Below, piece by piece: positions 19,910-31,271 of a stretch of 64,000 nucleotides of DNA (positions are counted from its first letter, which is position 1; every line of letters starts with the position of its first letter). Below the pieces are notes generated by a model. It worked only from the letters and a program-made list of their open reading frames with translations. It did no database searches and was not told where the DNA came from. Source of the stretch: a virus; the IMG/VR virus record IMGVR_UViG_3300026519_000001, positions 30,262 to 94,261 of that record; one strand, 5' to 3'. The translations under genes and the position numbers were made by a program.

Positions 19910-22900
19910 TTAAGTAAGCAATCCGTATGCTTGTAAAATTGCTACCAAATCTCCCATTGTATATCCGTTCCATGTAGCTGTATCATTTGATATACCAGAA
20001 GTATTTGCTACAAATGTAGCAGGTGTTTGGGATGTTGGTGTTTGTTTTGTAATAGCTGTCCCTCCAAATAACGAGATTCTTCCACCGACACTCCCAATTA
20101 TTATACCACCTGTTCCTTCATTAGCTAAAATTAAATCAGAATTTCCATTTACTAGATTCTCAGGAATCAATGTTACAGCACCATCAGTAAGAAATACTCC
20201 TAACGATTCTTGTTCCGATGTTCCACCGCCAATTCTTAAAATATTAGCAGCATCAGCAAAAATAGAAATTTTTGTACTATCCGTTAAGATTCCCCCTGTT
20301 GGCGATAGAACTAATGTTCTACCACTAATAAGCATGTTAGTTCCGTTAGCATCTTCAAAACTAAATGAAGAAAGAATCCCTGCCCCTTTAGTTTTAAATC
20401 TCATTCCTAAGTTTGCACTTGCTCCTTTAGCCTCAATTAACCTTGAAGATGGTCCAACTAATGTATCATCTCCTAAAGTTAAACTTCCAGCAGCTTCATT
20501 GATATATACTCTACTATTAACAAACCCTCCTACACCATCGGATGTTTGTATTGCATTGTTTGGTCCTATCGCAGAAGCTACCACTTGAGCAACCCAGCTT
20601 CTAACTCCTACTATCGTACTAGAAAGCACAAAGCCATCTGTAGCAGGATTACCTAAGGATGCTTCGTAAGCAGAATCTACATCAACCCAAGCGGCATCTC
20701 TACGAGCATATCTTACCCCATCAGAAGGGGCATCTGCTATTCCACCACCTCCACTAGGCAAGGCAGCCTGTATTACTTCGCCAGTAGCAGAATTAATACC
20801 TAACATGTGAGTCTCTCCTGTGGTTGGAAGAGCCCCACCAATACCTAAACCAAGTCTAACTTTGGGCATAAAAACTGTAGCAACTGGACCATTAACTGAT
20901 ATGCCATCCCCACCAATAATAACACTATCAGTAGAATTTTGTAGAAATGAGTTTTTTCCTCCAATAATAATTCCGTTAACCAATCCAGATATAGAATGAC
21001 CAGAACCACCTATTATAACTGAATTATATATATCAGTAGTAGTTCCATCGAAAGAATTATTTTCTCCTCCCAAAAGACCGCTATTGATAAGAACAAAAGA
21101 TGAGGTAGATAATATACTAGAATTATCAACACCAATGGCAAAAGCATTTTCAGTAAAAACTGTAGGTATTGGAGACCTTGTTGCCAAAAAAGCATTAGAA
21201 GATAGATTTAAAGCATGCGAAACCCCCTGCAAATAAATATTATTATTAGCATCAGAAGTAAATTCTCCTCCCCCTCCAACTACTGTCTGCCAAGTATTAT
21301 CATCTCTTAAAAACTTAGTTCCGTCAGGAGTTCCAGTGGCAATAGGGTTATAAATACCATTTGCAATATTTCTTGTCAGAATTTCTTGCCATACAGAGCT
21401 TGCTAAAAGTCTTAAATGGTTATCTGTTGAATCGTAAGCAATAACTCCATTAATTGCGGATGTTAAATTAGTATCGGGGTCAGCATTAACTGTAATGCCT
21501 GTGCCGTAAGTTAATCCTACCTTAAAACCTCTATTACCATTCCAATTAAGTTCAAAAGAGTTTGCTAGGGCATTTGTTTGAATAACTGTATTATAACCCA
21601 TCATTATTGCACCTATACCGTCTGTCCTTGAGTTACGTCCAAATGAAGCAGAGCCCTCTTGGTCTGAAAAAGTATTAGCACCTATTGCTATCGTGTAAGC
21701 AGACTCTGCTGTAGAAAAAGCTCCTAAAGCAATCCCATTTAATCCTTGTGTCGAAGAATTTCTCCCGATAGCAACTGCATTCATAGCAAAAGAAACTATC
21801 CCATTCCCTATATTTACAGAATTTACTCCTGATTGTGTACTAGCACCAATAGAAATTCCATCTCCTCCAGCACCAGCACTTCCAATTATTATACTAGCTG
21901 TCGATGAAGCATTAAGGTATGTTCCAATTAATATTGAATTAGCAAAAGCACTAGATGAGTTTGCTCCTATAACAGTAGAGTTAGCTCCAGCTCCTTGTGC
22001 TATTAATCTAATATTGTTTTCATAAGTAAGTCCTGAAGTGCCTTCAATTGTACCATCTCCTGTCCAAACACCTACTTGGTTATTCAAAGGAGTTCCTACT
22101 TTAGTAACATCTCCGCCTCCACCTCCCGTAGAAGCTAGTCTCCAAACCTTTTCATTAGTTCCTGTTGCATAGTCATCAGGTCTTACTGTTTCTGGAAGTG
22201 ATTCTATATCGGCTCCTGCTTCTAATTTATAAACATTAAGTGAATTACTTTGATTAATATTTCTAAATAATAAATAATTATTTAAACTTAGAGAAACTGT
22301 TCCTATAGCTTTTAGGTCGGGTATAGTTTCAACATCATTATTTATAAAAATTGCTTCGTCACTGCCAGGTAAAGAAGTTGTATATTGCAATGTCCATACC
22401 CCAGTTAAATATTTATACATTGCATATTCACCTTGAATATATGCAAATTCATTCTCATTAGGAGAAGGAACATCAATTGCTAGTTGAACTAATGAAGGTG
22501 ATACATAAAGTGTGTATCCTTGAATTGCATTAATTAAACTTATTGTTTCTGCTTTTGTATAATAATTACTTAAATCTACAGGTGGAAATATTATATCTGC
22601 AATCTCTTCTCCTACATAAATTTTAATGGCATTTACAGTAGCTAAAAATAAAGGATTTGTAAGGTCTGTAATTACAGTAGCCACAATAGCATCTGTAAGA
22701 TGCCCACTAAGATCTGGAAAGTCTGTTATGTCTGCTACTGTATGTGTGTGGGGTGAAGAAGGAAATGTAGTAGGCTTTCCTGTTAACGTAGCCCAAGTAA
22801 CGGAAGATGCTCCTGTTGGTACAATATTCCATTTATTAGATTCATATACAAGATAATCACCCACATTTATAGTATAAGCAACTCCCCCAAAAATATTTGG

Positions 22901-23296
22901 GTTAGTGCCTGAGCCTGCAACATCAGCTATATATGTGTCACCTTGCGTTCCAACTGAATCAAGTATTGTTAAAGCACTTCCATTTTCAAATCCAAGCAAT
23001 TGTAATACACCATTAATAGAAGTGCCTAATGGTATTATCTCCCAATAATTATTATCTATTAATTGTGATGGCGTTGGATTTGGTGGTGTGTTTAACCAAT
23101 AAAGACCTGGGCTACCTCCACCAATATCAGCAACTACACATATCATCATCCTAGTCCTTCTCTCAAGTGTAATGGCATTCATTTCAGCAATGCTATCTTT
23201 TGAATGCACACCACCCTTAGTTAAATTACCAAGATGCGTTGCGTATACGTCAGCAGGATTTTTAGTGTCTATATTTCCAGAGATTCTTACAGCCAT
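19910..23296 (-). CDS. Tail/head fibre protein with YadA-like head repeats (1128 aa)
   Basis: Repeated (N/S)AVAIG, GIALG and TIAIG units about 14 aa apart; DAPSDG..YARRDAAW linker; Gly-rich hinges. Confidence 0.7.
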   Translation of the reverse strand: MAVRISGNIDTKNPADVYATHLGNLTKGGVHSKDSIAEMNAITLERRTRMMICVVADIGGGSPGLYWLNTPPNPTPSQLIDNNYWEIIPLGTSINGVLQLLGFENGSALTILDSVGTQGDTYIADVAGSGTNPNIFGGVAYTINVGDYLVYESNKWNIVPTGASSVTWATLTGKPTTFPSSPHTHTVADITDFPDLSGHLTDAIVATVITDLTNPLFLATVNAIKIYVGEEIADIIFPPVDLSNYYTKAETISLINAIQGYTLYVSPSLVQLAIDVPSPNENEFAYIQGEYAMYKYLTGVWTLQYTTSLPGSDEAIFINNDVETIPDLKAIGTVSLSLNNYLLFRNINQSNSLNVYKLEAGADIESLPETVRPDDYATGTNEKVWRLASTGGGGGDVTKVGTPLNNQVGVWTGDGTIEGTSGLTYENNIRLIAQGAGANSTVIGANSSSAFANSILIGTYLNASSTASIIIGSAGAGGDGISIGASTQSGVNSVNIGNGIVSFAMNAVAIGRNSSTQGLNGIALGAFSTAESAYTIAIGANTFSDQEGSASFGRNSRTDGIGAIMMGYNTVIQTNALANSFELNWNGNRGFKVGLTYGTGITVNADPDTNLTSAINGVIAYDSTDNHLRLLASSVWQEILTRNIANGIYNPIATGTPDGTKFLRDDNTWQTVVGGGGEFTSDANNNIYLQGVSHALNLSSNAFLATRSPIPTVFTENAFAIGVDNSSILSTSSFVLINSGLLGGENNSFDGTTTDIYNSVIIGGSGHSISGLVNGIIIGGKNSFLQNSTDSVIIGGDGISVNGPVATVFMPKVRLGLGIGGALPTTGETHMLGINSATGEVIQAALPSGGGGIADAPSDGVRYARRDAAWVDVDSAYEASLGNPATDGFVLSSTIVGVRSWVAQVVASAIGPNNAIQTSDGVGGFVNSRVYINEAAGSLTLGDDTLVGPSSRLIEAKGASANLGMRFKTKGAGILSSFSFEDANGTNMLISGRTLVLSPTGGILTDSTKISIFADAANILRIGGGTSEQESLGVFLTDGAVTLIPENLVNGNSDLILANEGTGGIIIGSVGGRISLFGGTAITKQTPTSQTPATFVANTSGISNDTATWNGYTMGDLVAILQAYGLLT

Positions 23297-23300
23297 AATA

Positions 23301-24266
23301 TTAAAATTCTATTGTTAATGAAGTTGGGGCATTATATAAAAATTCTCCTCTAAATATTTTATAATCATAAGTTGTATTTCCATTATTATAACTTACAGTA
23401 GATGGCAATGAATTATCAAAAACACTTTGTAAATCCATTGAAAAATCTAATCCGTTATCATTATCAATAAATTTAATTCCATTCGTGTTAATAAAACTAG
23501 GAATTAAAATAAAAGGATAACCTATCTGAAAAGAATAACTTCTTGATATGTTATTAGTTAATAATGTATTTGATATTCCATTTACATGTGATTGAGTTAA
23601 TATTTGCCCAGTAGCATTAACTCCATATCTTATATAAGCCATCCAATTAATATTAATTCTTCTCTGTGCTAAAGCTACATTATTTATATCAAAACCATCT
23701 AATGTAAGCGAAATGTTTTGCGGTAAATTATATGTATAGTTAGGAGTTGATGTTAAACTGTAAAGAAAGTCATGTAAGTTTACATTTCCAAGATTAGAGA
23801 AAGCATTTACATCACTACAATTTATTATACCATCAGTATTTGTAGATACATTTTGAGGGTTTGACAAAGTCCAAGCTAGTGAATATGTATTAGCTAAATC
23901 AGTACCTATTTCAATATTAACTTGTGTGGAATTAGAAGTGGTAAATGAAGATATACTAGGACTGACAAAAGGACTTATGATTTTTCTTAAAATACTAGAA
24001 TTTGTATTATTAAAAACACTATCACCAATATTAAGGTCACCAATATTAACTGTAACTAAATCTTGATAAGGATACACATCTAAATTAGAATAAGGTAAAT
24101 TAACCCAGTCTGTAATACCATCTCCTAATTTATTTTTACTACTAACTATTACCCCAAAAGCATCCAGTACAACTTCATGACCTGGTTCACCCCTCCTCAG
24201 TATAGGATTTTTTGTATTCCATTCAGCTTCGGTAGCTACTAATAATTTAAATCTTATGTTTGCCAT
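23301..24266 (-). CDS. Tail/fibre-associated structural protein
   Basis: N-terminal W...NPILRRGE.G.E.....K.GDG.T.W..LPY motif of phage fibre/hyaluronidase N-termini. Confidence 0.6.
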   Translation of the reverse strand: MANIRFKLLVATEAEWNTKNPILRRGEPGHEVVLDAFGVIVSSKNKLGDGITDWVNLPYSNLDVYPYQDLVTVNIGDLNIGDSVFNNTNSSILRKIISPFVSPSISSFTTSNSTQVNIEIGTDLANTYSLAWTLSNPQNVSTNTDGIINCSDVNAFSNLGNVNLHDFLYSLTSTPNYTYNLPQNISLTLDGFDINNVALAQRRININWMAYIRYGVNATGQILTQSHVNGISNTLLTNNISRSYSFQIGYPFILIPSFINTNGIKFIDNDNGLDFSMDLQSVFDNSLPSTVSYNNGNTTYDYKIFRGEFLYNAPTSLTIEF

Positions 24267-24268
24267 TT

Positions 24269-24742
24269 CTATAATAAATTAAAATCTGAAAAAAGTTCTG
24301 TTATTTCAACCCATATCAATGTTCCGCTTGCATCTTTTGATAGAAAATAACCCACTCCACCACCTGCGGGCAATGATGTACCTCCACCACCAATAATAGA
24401 ACCATCACTAGTTAATACATAAGAAGTAGTATTCTTAGGAAAATCTAAATATGGAACTGGATCTAATTTATATGTATAAATTACATAGTCAAGAAATTGC
24501 TCTAATTCATTTCCTTCAATCATGGCATAATTAGGATATGGCAACCCTTTTAATACTATAGAATCGTCAGTTTCAAGTAACATATCTATAACCATTGCTA
24601 TTTCTAAAAACTCTACAAAATCATCTGAATCTACATCTGGATTTTTTCTTTTTCCATATATAATTCTTCCAATTTCTGCATGTTTATATATTAACTTGTT
24701 AAGAGTAAAATATAATTTTATAGTTTCTGGACTTGTTAACAT
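24269..24742 (-). CDS. Putative structural protein (fibre/hub associated)
   Basis: C-terminal LPAGG..GYFLSK..SGT..W fibre-shaft motif; location in the fibre block. Confidence 0.45.
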   Translation of the reverse strand: MLTSPETIKLYFTLNKLIYKHAEIGRIIYGKRKNPDVDSDDFVEFLEIAMVIDMLLETDDSIVLKGLPYPNYAMIEGNELEQFLDYVIYTYKLDPVPYLDFPKNTTSYVLTSDGSIIGGGGTSLPAGGGVGYFLSKDASGTLIWVEITELFSDFNLL

Positions 24743-24753
24743 TTTGTATTAGT

Positions 24754-27700
24754 TTAATTATATTGAACTTGTGAAGATTCATTTTCTATGGAACTATTAG
24801 AAAATGAAACTTGAACTCTCCAACGCATGGAAGCACCATTTGCTATGGCACTTAAATAACTGTAAGAAACAGGAGTTGCTGTATCGTTATTAGTTAGTCT
24901 AGCAACAATATTTTTAAGGCTAAACCAGCTTGCGCCATTATTAACAGAAAGTTGGAATGTACAACTCATCCAGCTATCACTTGAAGAATTTGACCGCATA
25001 GTTCCATTCCAAAAATAATGAATTGCTCTTGTTCTTCCAACATTATTTGTATAGTTAGAAATGTTTCTACCTCCACTCATTGTTATTGGTGGAGAAAAAG
25101 CTAAATCCTGTCCATCCTGTCCATCTATGCCATCTATGCCATCTATTCCTCTTGGTATTCCAAAATTTAAAACAGATGCCTCTGGTGTTCCTGTATTAGT
25201 AACTACAGCACTAGAGCCTGGGGCTAATGTAGTAGTAGTACCAATTGATACGGTTCCAGATGGTCCAGCTATAGTAGAAGCTGTTCCTGTAATTCTTGTT
25301 ACGCCCCAATTAGCATTTGCTTTAGCTGTAAGGATATTTATATCAGACCCATTAAATGTGGTAGATGCTTGATATGTATATGTATTAGCAATTCCATTAG
25401 GGGTTACTAACCATCCATCAGAAAGCATTTCACTTCTACTTGCATCAGATGATACAGGTATAGTAGGGGGTGTTAAACTATTACTACCTTTGAAATATAT
25501 AACTACAAAATCAGGGCTATCTCCTTGTGAGCCTGTTTCGCCTCTGTTTCTATAAGCTGGCTGCCAATTAATAGTATCAACACCTGCAATGTTATTTACA
25601 ATACCTTCAACAATAAAATATGTTTTACTTCCTGACTGTTTATACCAATTAGAGGTTGCTCCACTATTAACAAATGTACTATCAAAATTAGCTGTGGGTA
25701 AATCTGCAGGTAATGTTGGTGTTGCCAATGGCTCATTCCCTGAAACATCAAATGCAGCAGCATAATTATAATATAATCTAAAAGTCTTTGCATCAGTAAT
25801 ATCATCTATACTAACAGGAGTTGATATATATACAACTCCATTATAAGGAATCCTACAAGAAACCCCTAGCGAACCAACCACATCGCCTCTAGTAACAGTT
25901 TTTATAGTATTATTTGTACCAGATAAATTGCTAACTGTTAGTGTGTTGCCAAAATACCAAGTTACATTTCCATCATAGTTTACAGGCGATATAATAGTGC
26001 CATTCGTATCTAATACAGCTTTTAGTGCAATATCACTTCTATTTTCAGGAGTAAATGCTAAAGATTGATTAGCAGATCCTGAATCAATTTGCACAAAAGA
26101 TATTACAGCCCCTGCACTATCTAAATTACTAGATACTGTAAAGTTTTTAACAAAATTTGTTCCTCCTATATTTATAGTAATTGCACAATTTACTTTTCTA
26201 GCTATTATACTAGTCCAAGTAGCGATATATATTTCTCTATCAGTACCATTAATTTGATGCCCAAAACTAACATCAGTTGTATCACTAACTAAGCTCACAA
26301 TAGACCAATCAGTTGTGTAATCTAATTTAGTAGGTCCATCATATATTTTTATTAGAGTTTTAATTCTGCCAGTAGTTCCTATTTCACCTCCCACTGGTAG
26401 AAAAGTAGGTCTATCAAGTATTATTGAATCAACTTCATTAGAAAGTATAATCGAAGTAGAATCTGTTCCAGGTATTCCAGTGCTAGTAGAGGCTAATTTA
26501 GTTATAGTAACTATATCAAAAAATTCATCTATATTTTCAACATCATTGATGTTGTTTGCTGTAGATAGAGCAAATCTAGCAGTTTGCGCAGTTCCATCTT
26601 CAATAAATAAATCTCTAGTATCTATTTGTAAAATTTGATTGCTTAACGTATAAAAATTTTGATTCCAATTGCCAGTAGCATCATCTGCTACAAAGACTAC
26701 TGTTATATCAAATGTATCAATAGTAACATTACTTATTTCAAAATTACCATTATAACTTGTAGTTCCTGTGATATTAACTTGGTCTCCATTGCTTAATCCA
26801 TGTGCTACACTTGTAACAGTTGTTTTAACCCCTGGAGAGGTCGCTGAATCTGCAAATATAGTGATTGCTGCATTTGCAAAAATAGTTAAATCTAACCAAT
26901 TCCCTGCTCCATCATCTCTATACCAATAAAATGTAACAGCATCTAAAAAATTTTGTCTTCCCCTAATATTCACTACAGACACTGGAAAAGATGAACTTGT
27001 TGTGTCATACACTAATGTAGGAGTATCAGTTGCTAGCGTTAATGACTTTGCATCATCTCCATCAGTAATATCTGTAATTGATTCCTCTTCTATAAAAACT
27101 AAATCAGGTTCTGCACCTGCATTTATAAGAGTTATATAACATCTAAATGTTGCTTTTGCAGTAACATAATTTGGAGCAATTACAATATTTTTAGTTGTAG
27201 CAATTGGTGTATCAACATTAGGATTAACTGGTATAATAATTTTATTATTATAAACCTTATACCATTTATAAGTAAGATTTGTAGTCAATTCTTCTGATCC
27301 CCTAAACAAATTAGCAGTTAATGTTATTGCAACTGGGTCTGACAAAGTTCCAGCTGCCGCATCTGCACTAGATGGATATTTAAATGTATTTTGTCCATCA
27401 CTTGATATATAATCAATATATACATCTCTACCTGTAAAAGGCTTAGGTGCAGACCACACAGTCTTTAATGAACCATCAAAGAATTTTCTAGCTTCTGAAT
27501 AACAATTAATTAAACTTGCCTCTTCTGGATATGAAGTATCAGCCCAGCCAATATTAGCTGAATTACCTGCTGTGTTAGAAACTGGATCATTACCAATAGG
27601 TGTATTAGCAGCTATAAAAGTAGGGTCATTAAAATCAGTAGTATCAGAAAATAATTTATATATTTTATCAATATATTCTCCAGACTCTTCAGATATTTTA

Positions 27701-28704
27701 TCAATGCTCCAAGAGGAATAATTTAAAGGTGAATTTTCAGTCCTTAATGCCCTATAATTATGAATAGACGGATCGAAAGTCTTAACCCAACCCGCAGCAA
27801 TTAAAGCTATATCTGCAGGAGATCCAGCAGTAGCTAATGCATTGCTTGGAGATAATGGGTTTGGATTAGGTGTAGACTGTGCATTATACCTGACTAAGTC
27901 TTCATTTTCAGGAATTAAAAATGGACCAATCCAGTCAGTCTTTAAATTACCATATACATCTTTTTGAGCTTTAATTTCATATAATGGGTCTGTTCCTAAT
28001 GGAGGAATATCACTCCAACCCTCAGGAAAATTGTTTATACTACCAAACTTATTATATCTTCCTGGTAAATCAGGTATAACCGCTGCTCTAATAAAAAGAT
28101 TTTGAACATAATCACCACCCTCAAAGTTCCCATTAATAGATCTTGGCACAGTCCAATCAAGATATATGCCTGTACCACTATCAGTAGCATCACTTCTTCT
28201 CTCTCTATACCATTTTGATTCTCCTGCAATATACACTGCGTCCCATAACAATTCCCCACTAGGATTGTCAATATATGGATATGGGGGTTTGATTCCATTG
28301 GCATCATCTCCCGCATATTCTATAGCATAAGTACTTTCATTAACAGGCAATTCAGAATCTACTTGCCAAAAATTTAAATAAAAATTAGCATTTGGTTCTA
28401 ATGGTTGCTTTTCATTTCCTCCTATATCTAATTCATTTGGTGGAATAACTAATGGATAAAAAGATACATCAGGAACAAATAATAATTTCAAGGTTTTTGT
28501 TGAGTATTCACCATCTGTTCTTGGATGGGCATTAATAGTAACACTCATGCCTTTTAACATCTTATCAGGATGCAATAACATTAATTCTTCTAATGTATTA
28601 TATTGATGGTATCCTCCTTTAACGTCATTCTGTTGAGTAATCCATAATCTTGGATTATTATTTCTAGGAACAAATCCTGTCGATATTTCTTGAAAATCAC
28701 TCAT
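24754..28704 (-). CDS. Large tail/head fibre protein (1316 aa) with Ig-like modules and short collagen-like repeats
   Basis: GIDGIDGIDGQDGQD, LNFGIPRG, and an FCCH-like insert TSVAHGLSNGDQVNITG...NG.FEI. Confidence 0.65.
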   Translation of the reverse strand: MSDFQEISTGFVPRNNNPRLWITQQNDVKGGYHQYNTLEELMLLHPDKMLKGMSVTINAHPRTDGEYSTKTLKLLFVPDVSFYPLVIPPNELDIGGNEKQPLEPNANFYLNFWQVDSELPVNESTYAIEYAGDDANGIKPPYPYIDNPSGELLWDAVYIAGESKWYRERRSDATDSGTGIYLDWTVPRSINGNFEGGDYVQNLFIRAAVIPDLPGRYNKFGSINNFPEGWSDIPPLGTDPLYEIKAQKDVYGNLKTDWIGPFLIPENEDLVRYNAQSTPNPNPLSPSNALATAGSPADIALIAAGWVKTFDPSIHNYRALRTENSPLNYSSWSIDKISEESGEYIDKIYKLFSDTTDFNDPTFIAANTPIGNDPVSNTAGNSANIGWADTSYPEEASLINCYSEARKFFDGSLKTVWSAPKPFTGRDVYIDYISSDGQNTFKYPSSADAAAGTLSDPVAITLTANLFRGSEELTTNLTYKWYKVYNNKIIIPVNPNVDTPIATTKNIVIAPNYVTAKATFRCYITLINAGAEPDLVFIEEESITDITDGDDAKSLTLATDTPTLVYDTTSSSFPVSVVNIRGRQNFLDAVTFYWYRDDGAGNWLDLTIFANAAITIFADSATSPGVKTTVTSVAHGLSNGDQVNITGTTSYNGNFEISNVTIDTFDITVVFVADDATGNWNQNFYTLSNQILQIDTRDLFIEDGTAQTARFALSTANNINDVENIDEFFDIVTITKLASTSTGIPGTDSTSIILSNEVDSIILDRPTFLPVGGEIGTTGRIKTLIKIYDGPTKLDYTTDWSIVSLVSDTTDVSFGHQINGTDREIYIATWTSIIARKVNCAITINIGGTNFVKNFTVSSNLDSAGAVISFVQIDSGSANQSLAFTPENRSDIALKAVLDTNGTIISPVNYDGNVTWYFGNTLTVSNLSGTNNTIKTVTRGDVVGSLGVSCRIPYNGVVYISTPVSIDDITDAKTFRLYYNYAAAFDVSGNEPLATPTLPADLPTANFDSTFVNSGATSNWYKQSGSKTYFIVEGIVNNIAGVDTINWQPAYRNRGETGSQGDSPDFVVIYFKGSNSLTPPTIPVSSDASRSEMLSDGWLVTPNGIANTYTYQASTTFNGSDINILTAKANANWGVTRITGTASTIAGPSGTVSIGTTTTLAPGSSAVVTNTGTPEASVLNFGIPRGIDGIDGIDGQDGQDLAFSPPITMSGGRNISNYTNNVGRTRAIHYFWNGTMRSNSSSDSWMSCTFQLSVNNGASWFSLKNIVARLTNNDTATPVSYSYLSAIANGASMRWRVQVSFSNSSIENESSQVQYN

Positions 28705-28705
28705 A

Positions 28706-29512
28706 TTATATTATTGAAAACGTTAAAGGATTACCAGCACTACCTGTTCCTGCAGTATTGTCATAGGTTGTTCTCCATACAGTATATTGCTCAGTGTACC
28801 CTTCCGAATTAGTTATGTCTAATGTTTTCACCTGTACAAAACCACCTGGACTAGGATTACCACTATCCTGAAAATTATTCACTATAAATGGAGAATTAGA
28901 AGGTGCTGCAAATATTTGATATTCATTAACTCCTGAATTCGTATATGGAATTGGATTAGCACCCTTTGCATTAACAGCCAAAGTGGAACTTAATAATTTT
29001 ATATCTGCTTCACTAGGGTCGTAACTTCCAGTATCAGTAATTGTTACATTACCTATATATAAAAAATTACCAAACAATATAGAAGTACTAGATTGTACTG
29101 GGATATTAATATCATTTATATCATCATCTGCAATCAATGTGATTGTTAAATTATCGGTTATATTTTGTAAACCTACATTTAGCTGGTATACCAATTGACT
29201 AGTAGTAACAGGGGGTGGAACAAGTCCATTATCTAAAGAATGCTCTGCAACAGGTATATTGTATTCCCAATTTAAAATATAGTCTGTAATTACAGCTCCC
29301 TTAATTTGTAAAGGTATATTAGTTATAAAAGACTGTATTGTTAATGGTGCATAAGGAGTATAGCTTACGTAATAAGTAATATCATTTACAGCCTCAACTG
29401 TATTTACAACTATATTAACATCTCCACTTGCAACAATGACTTTTTTTTCAGGTATTAAAGAAGGGATGTTAAATATACTATCATTACATGAATCACAATT
29501 AGTATTAGCCAT
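28706..29512 (-). CDS. Putative fibre-associated structural protein
   Basis: Beta-rich; C-terminal half resembles 23301-24266. Confidence 0.45.
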   Translation of the reverse strand: MANTNCDSCNDSIFNIPSLIPEKKVIVASGDVNIVVNTVEAVNDITYYVSYTPYAPLTIQSFITNIPLQIKGAVITDYILNWEYNIPVAEHSLDNGLVPPPVTTSQLVYQLNVGLQNITDNLTITLIADDDINDINIPVQSSTSILFGNFLYIGNVTITDTGSYDPSEADIKLLSSTLAVNAKGANPIPYTNSGVNEYQIFAAPSNSPFIVNNFQDSGNPSPGGFVQVKTLDITNSEGYTEQYTVWRTTYDNTAGTGSAGNPLTFSII

Positions 29513-30195
29513 TATGTTTTAAATTGTTTAGTCAATCTCTCAATCATTCTTTGAGCTTCTCTTGGAGCAATGCTAAATTGAGATAAAGATGATCTAATAC
29601 CATGGTCTAAATGTTGAATAACTTTCAACTCTTCATCACAACCACATTCAACACATTGCTTACATTCAAAATAATCCTTTGTTAGTTCATTCTTTTTAAT
29701 CCTTAATTTAGTAGCTAATAATTCTTTCACCTGAACTAATTCATAAATATTACTATCAGATAATACAGAAACATCAAATACTGGTTGTAATATTAAACTT
29801 GTGTCATACTGTCTCAAATCAGAAGTTGGTATATTATATACAATTAGATTTTCAACAGGCGCAGGCACATTAGGAGATGTTGTTGTATTAACAAGAGTAT
29901 AAATATAAGTATACCACCCATCAAGATTATAAGCTACCGCAAATGAACTCTCCTCTGTATTAGGGAAAGTATTATTATAATCAATATCAGTTGAAAGAGA
30001 TGTTAATAATTGAGAATCACCTTCATAAGGTTGATAATAAACCTGTAATACACCAGCTAAATCTAATCTTTCAGTATTAGGAGCGCCATAGCCAGCCTCA
30101 TTAAAATTTAAAACATACGCACCTGTATTATCTTTTATTGTAATAGATGATGCATCTGCTTCGTATGTTATACAAAGTTTTGGTGTTATAGGCAT
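29512..30195 (-). CDS. Putative tail hub protein
   Basis: I.DNTG.Y.....GYG.PN, DGWY and a C-terminal Cys cluster; follows the auxiliary capsid gene as in crAss-like phages. Confidence 0.45.
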   Translation of the reverse strand: MPITPKLCITYEADASSITIKDNTGAYVLNFNEAGYGAPNTERLDLAGVLQVYYQPYEGDSQLLTSLSTDIDYNNTFPNTEESSFAVAYNLDGWYTYIYTLVNTTTSPNVPAPVENLIVYNIPTSDLRQYDTSLILQPVFDVSVLSDSNIYELVQVKELLATKLRIKKNELTKDYFECKQCVECGCDEELKVIQHLDHGIRSSLSQFSIAPREAQRMIERLTKQFKT

Positions 30196-30221
30196 AATAT
30201 AAAAATTTTTGTAAAAATAAC

Positions 30222-30256
30222 AAAGGGTAGTGATAATTCCTTATCCACTACCCTTT
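30222..30256 (-). terminator. Intrinsic terminator-like hairpin
   Basis: AAAGGGTAGTG...CACTACCCTTT inverted repeat after the auxiliary capsid gene. Confidence 0.6.
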
Positions 30257-30290
30257 ATTTTATCATTAGATTAAATTATATTAATATAAT

Positions 30291-31247
30291 TTATACCAAA
30301 TCAGGAATTGTTTGCGTAATAACAGCTTCTAATTTATTTATAATTGCATTAATTGCAATAACACTAGCACTCATTGGACAAGCAATTGTAACTTCTTTTC
30401 TAGAAGTTGAAACATTGAAGTCTGTATCATGCTTAGAAATAGCTTTCAATTCAATTAACCCATATTCCTCTGATCCAATTGCATTGGTTTTTGTGTCAAC
30501 ACCCCAGTTGTATGGAAAATGTTGGTAACCAAATCCGTCACCTCTATTACCTCTATAGAAATATTCCATTAAGGCAACTTGTTTGCCTGTTCCAACACCA
30601 GGAGAACCACCTGCCGTAGTTACAATATCTGCCATAGAAAGCCCTGAAGAATCTTCATCCACAAAAACATCAAATGGAATTTGTCTTCCTTCATTTTTTC
30701 CTAAAGAATATGGCTGGTCTTTTTCAGTTATAATAAGTGTAGTTGTACCAGTGAATGTAAATGCAGTGTTTGTAGAAGCGGTTGAGCCTTCTTCCCTAGA
30801 AAAGTTTTTATTTAGACTAGTTATTAATCCACTAACAACGTTTGCAGCAGTATCTCCTGTTTGTACAACATACTGTGCATGTTTAGTATAATAGTTTTCA
30901 GCAGATAATGAACCGAAATTCAATATTCTAAGATTTAATACATACTCTTGACCAACAGTAAGATTCGTTGGTGTAACTGTAATTGATCTTAATACTGGGG
31001 CTTCATACCCTTTTGCAAAAGCAGTTTGTACGTCTTCTGATTTATAAGTATCAGATACAACTGTTTTACCATTTACTTTCATTGCCAATAAGAATCCCCC
31101 TACTTTAGATGTGCCATCAGATCCATCTGCATTAAAAATTCCTATTTCCCCATCCGAAGCCGATGCTTCAAATGCATTCAATGTAGTTTCAGCTGCTAAA
31201 GCATCTACTACAAAGATTTCTCTCATTGCGTTTTGTGACTGCGCCAT
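30291..31247 (-). CDS. Auxiliary capsid protein (conserved crAss capsid-module gene)
   Basis: G.GKQVA.MEYFYRGNRGD motif; third gene after the major capsid protein. Confidence 0.7.
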   Translation of the reverse strand: MAQSQNAMREIFVVDALAAETTLNAFEASASDGEIGIFNADGSDGTSKVGGFLLAMKVNGKTVVSDTYKSEDVQTAFAKGYEAPVLRSITVTPTNLTVGQEYVLNLRILNFGSLSAENYYTKHAQYVVQTGDTAANVVSGLITSLNKNFSREEGSTASTNTAFTFTGTTTLIITEKDQPYSLGKNEGRQIPFDVFVDEDSSGLSMADIVTTAGGSPGVGTGKQVALMEYFYRGNRGDGFGYQHFPYNWGVDTKTNAIGSEEYGLIELKAISKHDTDFNVSTSRKEVTIACPMSASVIAINAIINKLEAVITQTIPDLV

Positions 31248-31271
31248 AATTTATTATTAATTTTAAGTTAC

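Noticed and set aside
17220-29512. Diversity-generating retroelement targeting the fibres
   Set aside because: No reverse transcriptase and no template/variable repeat pair noticed in the window.
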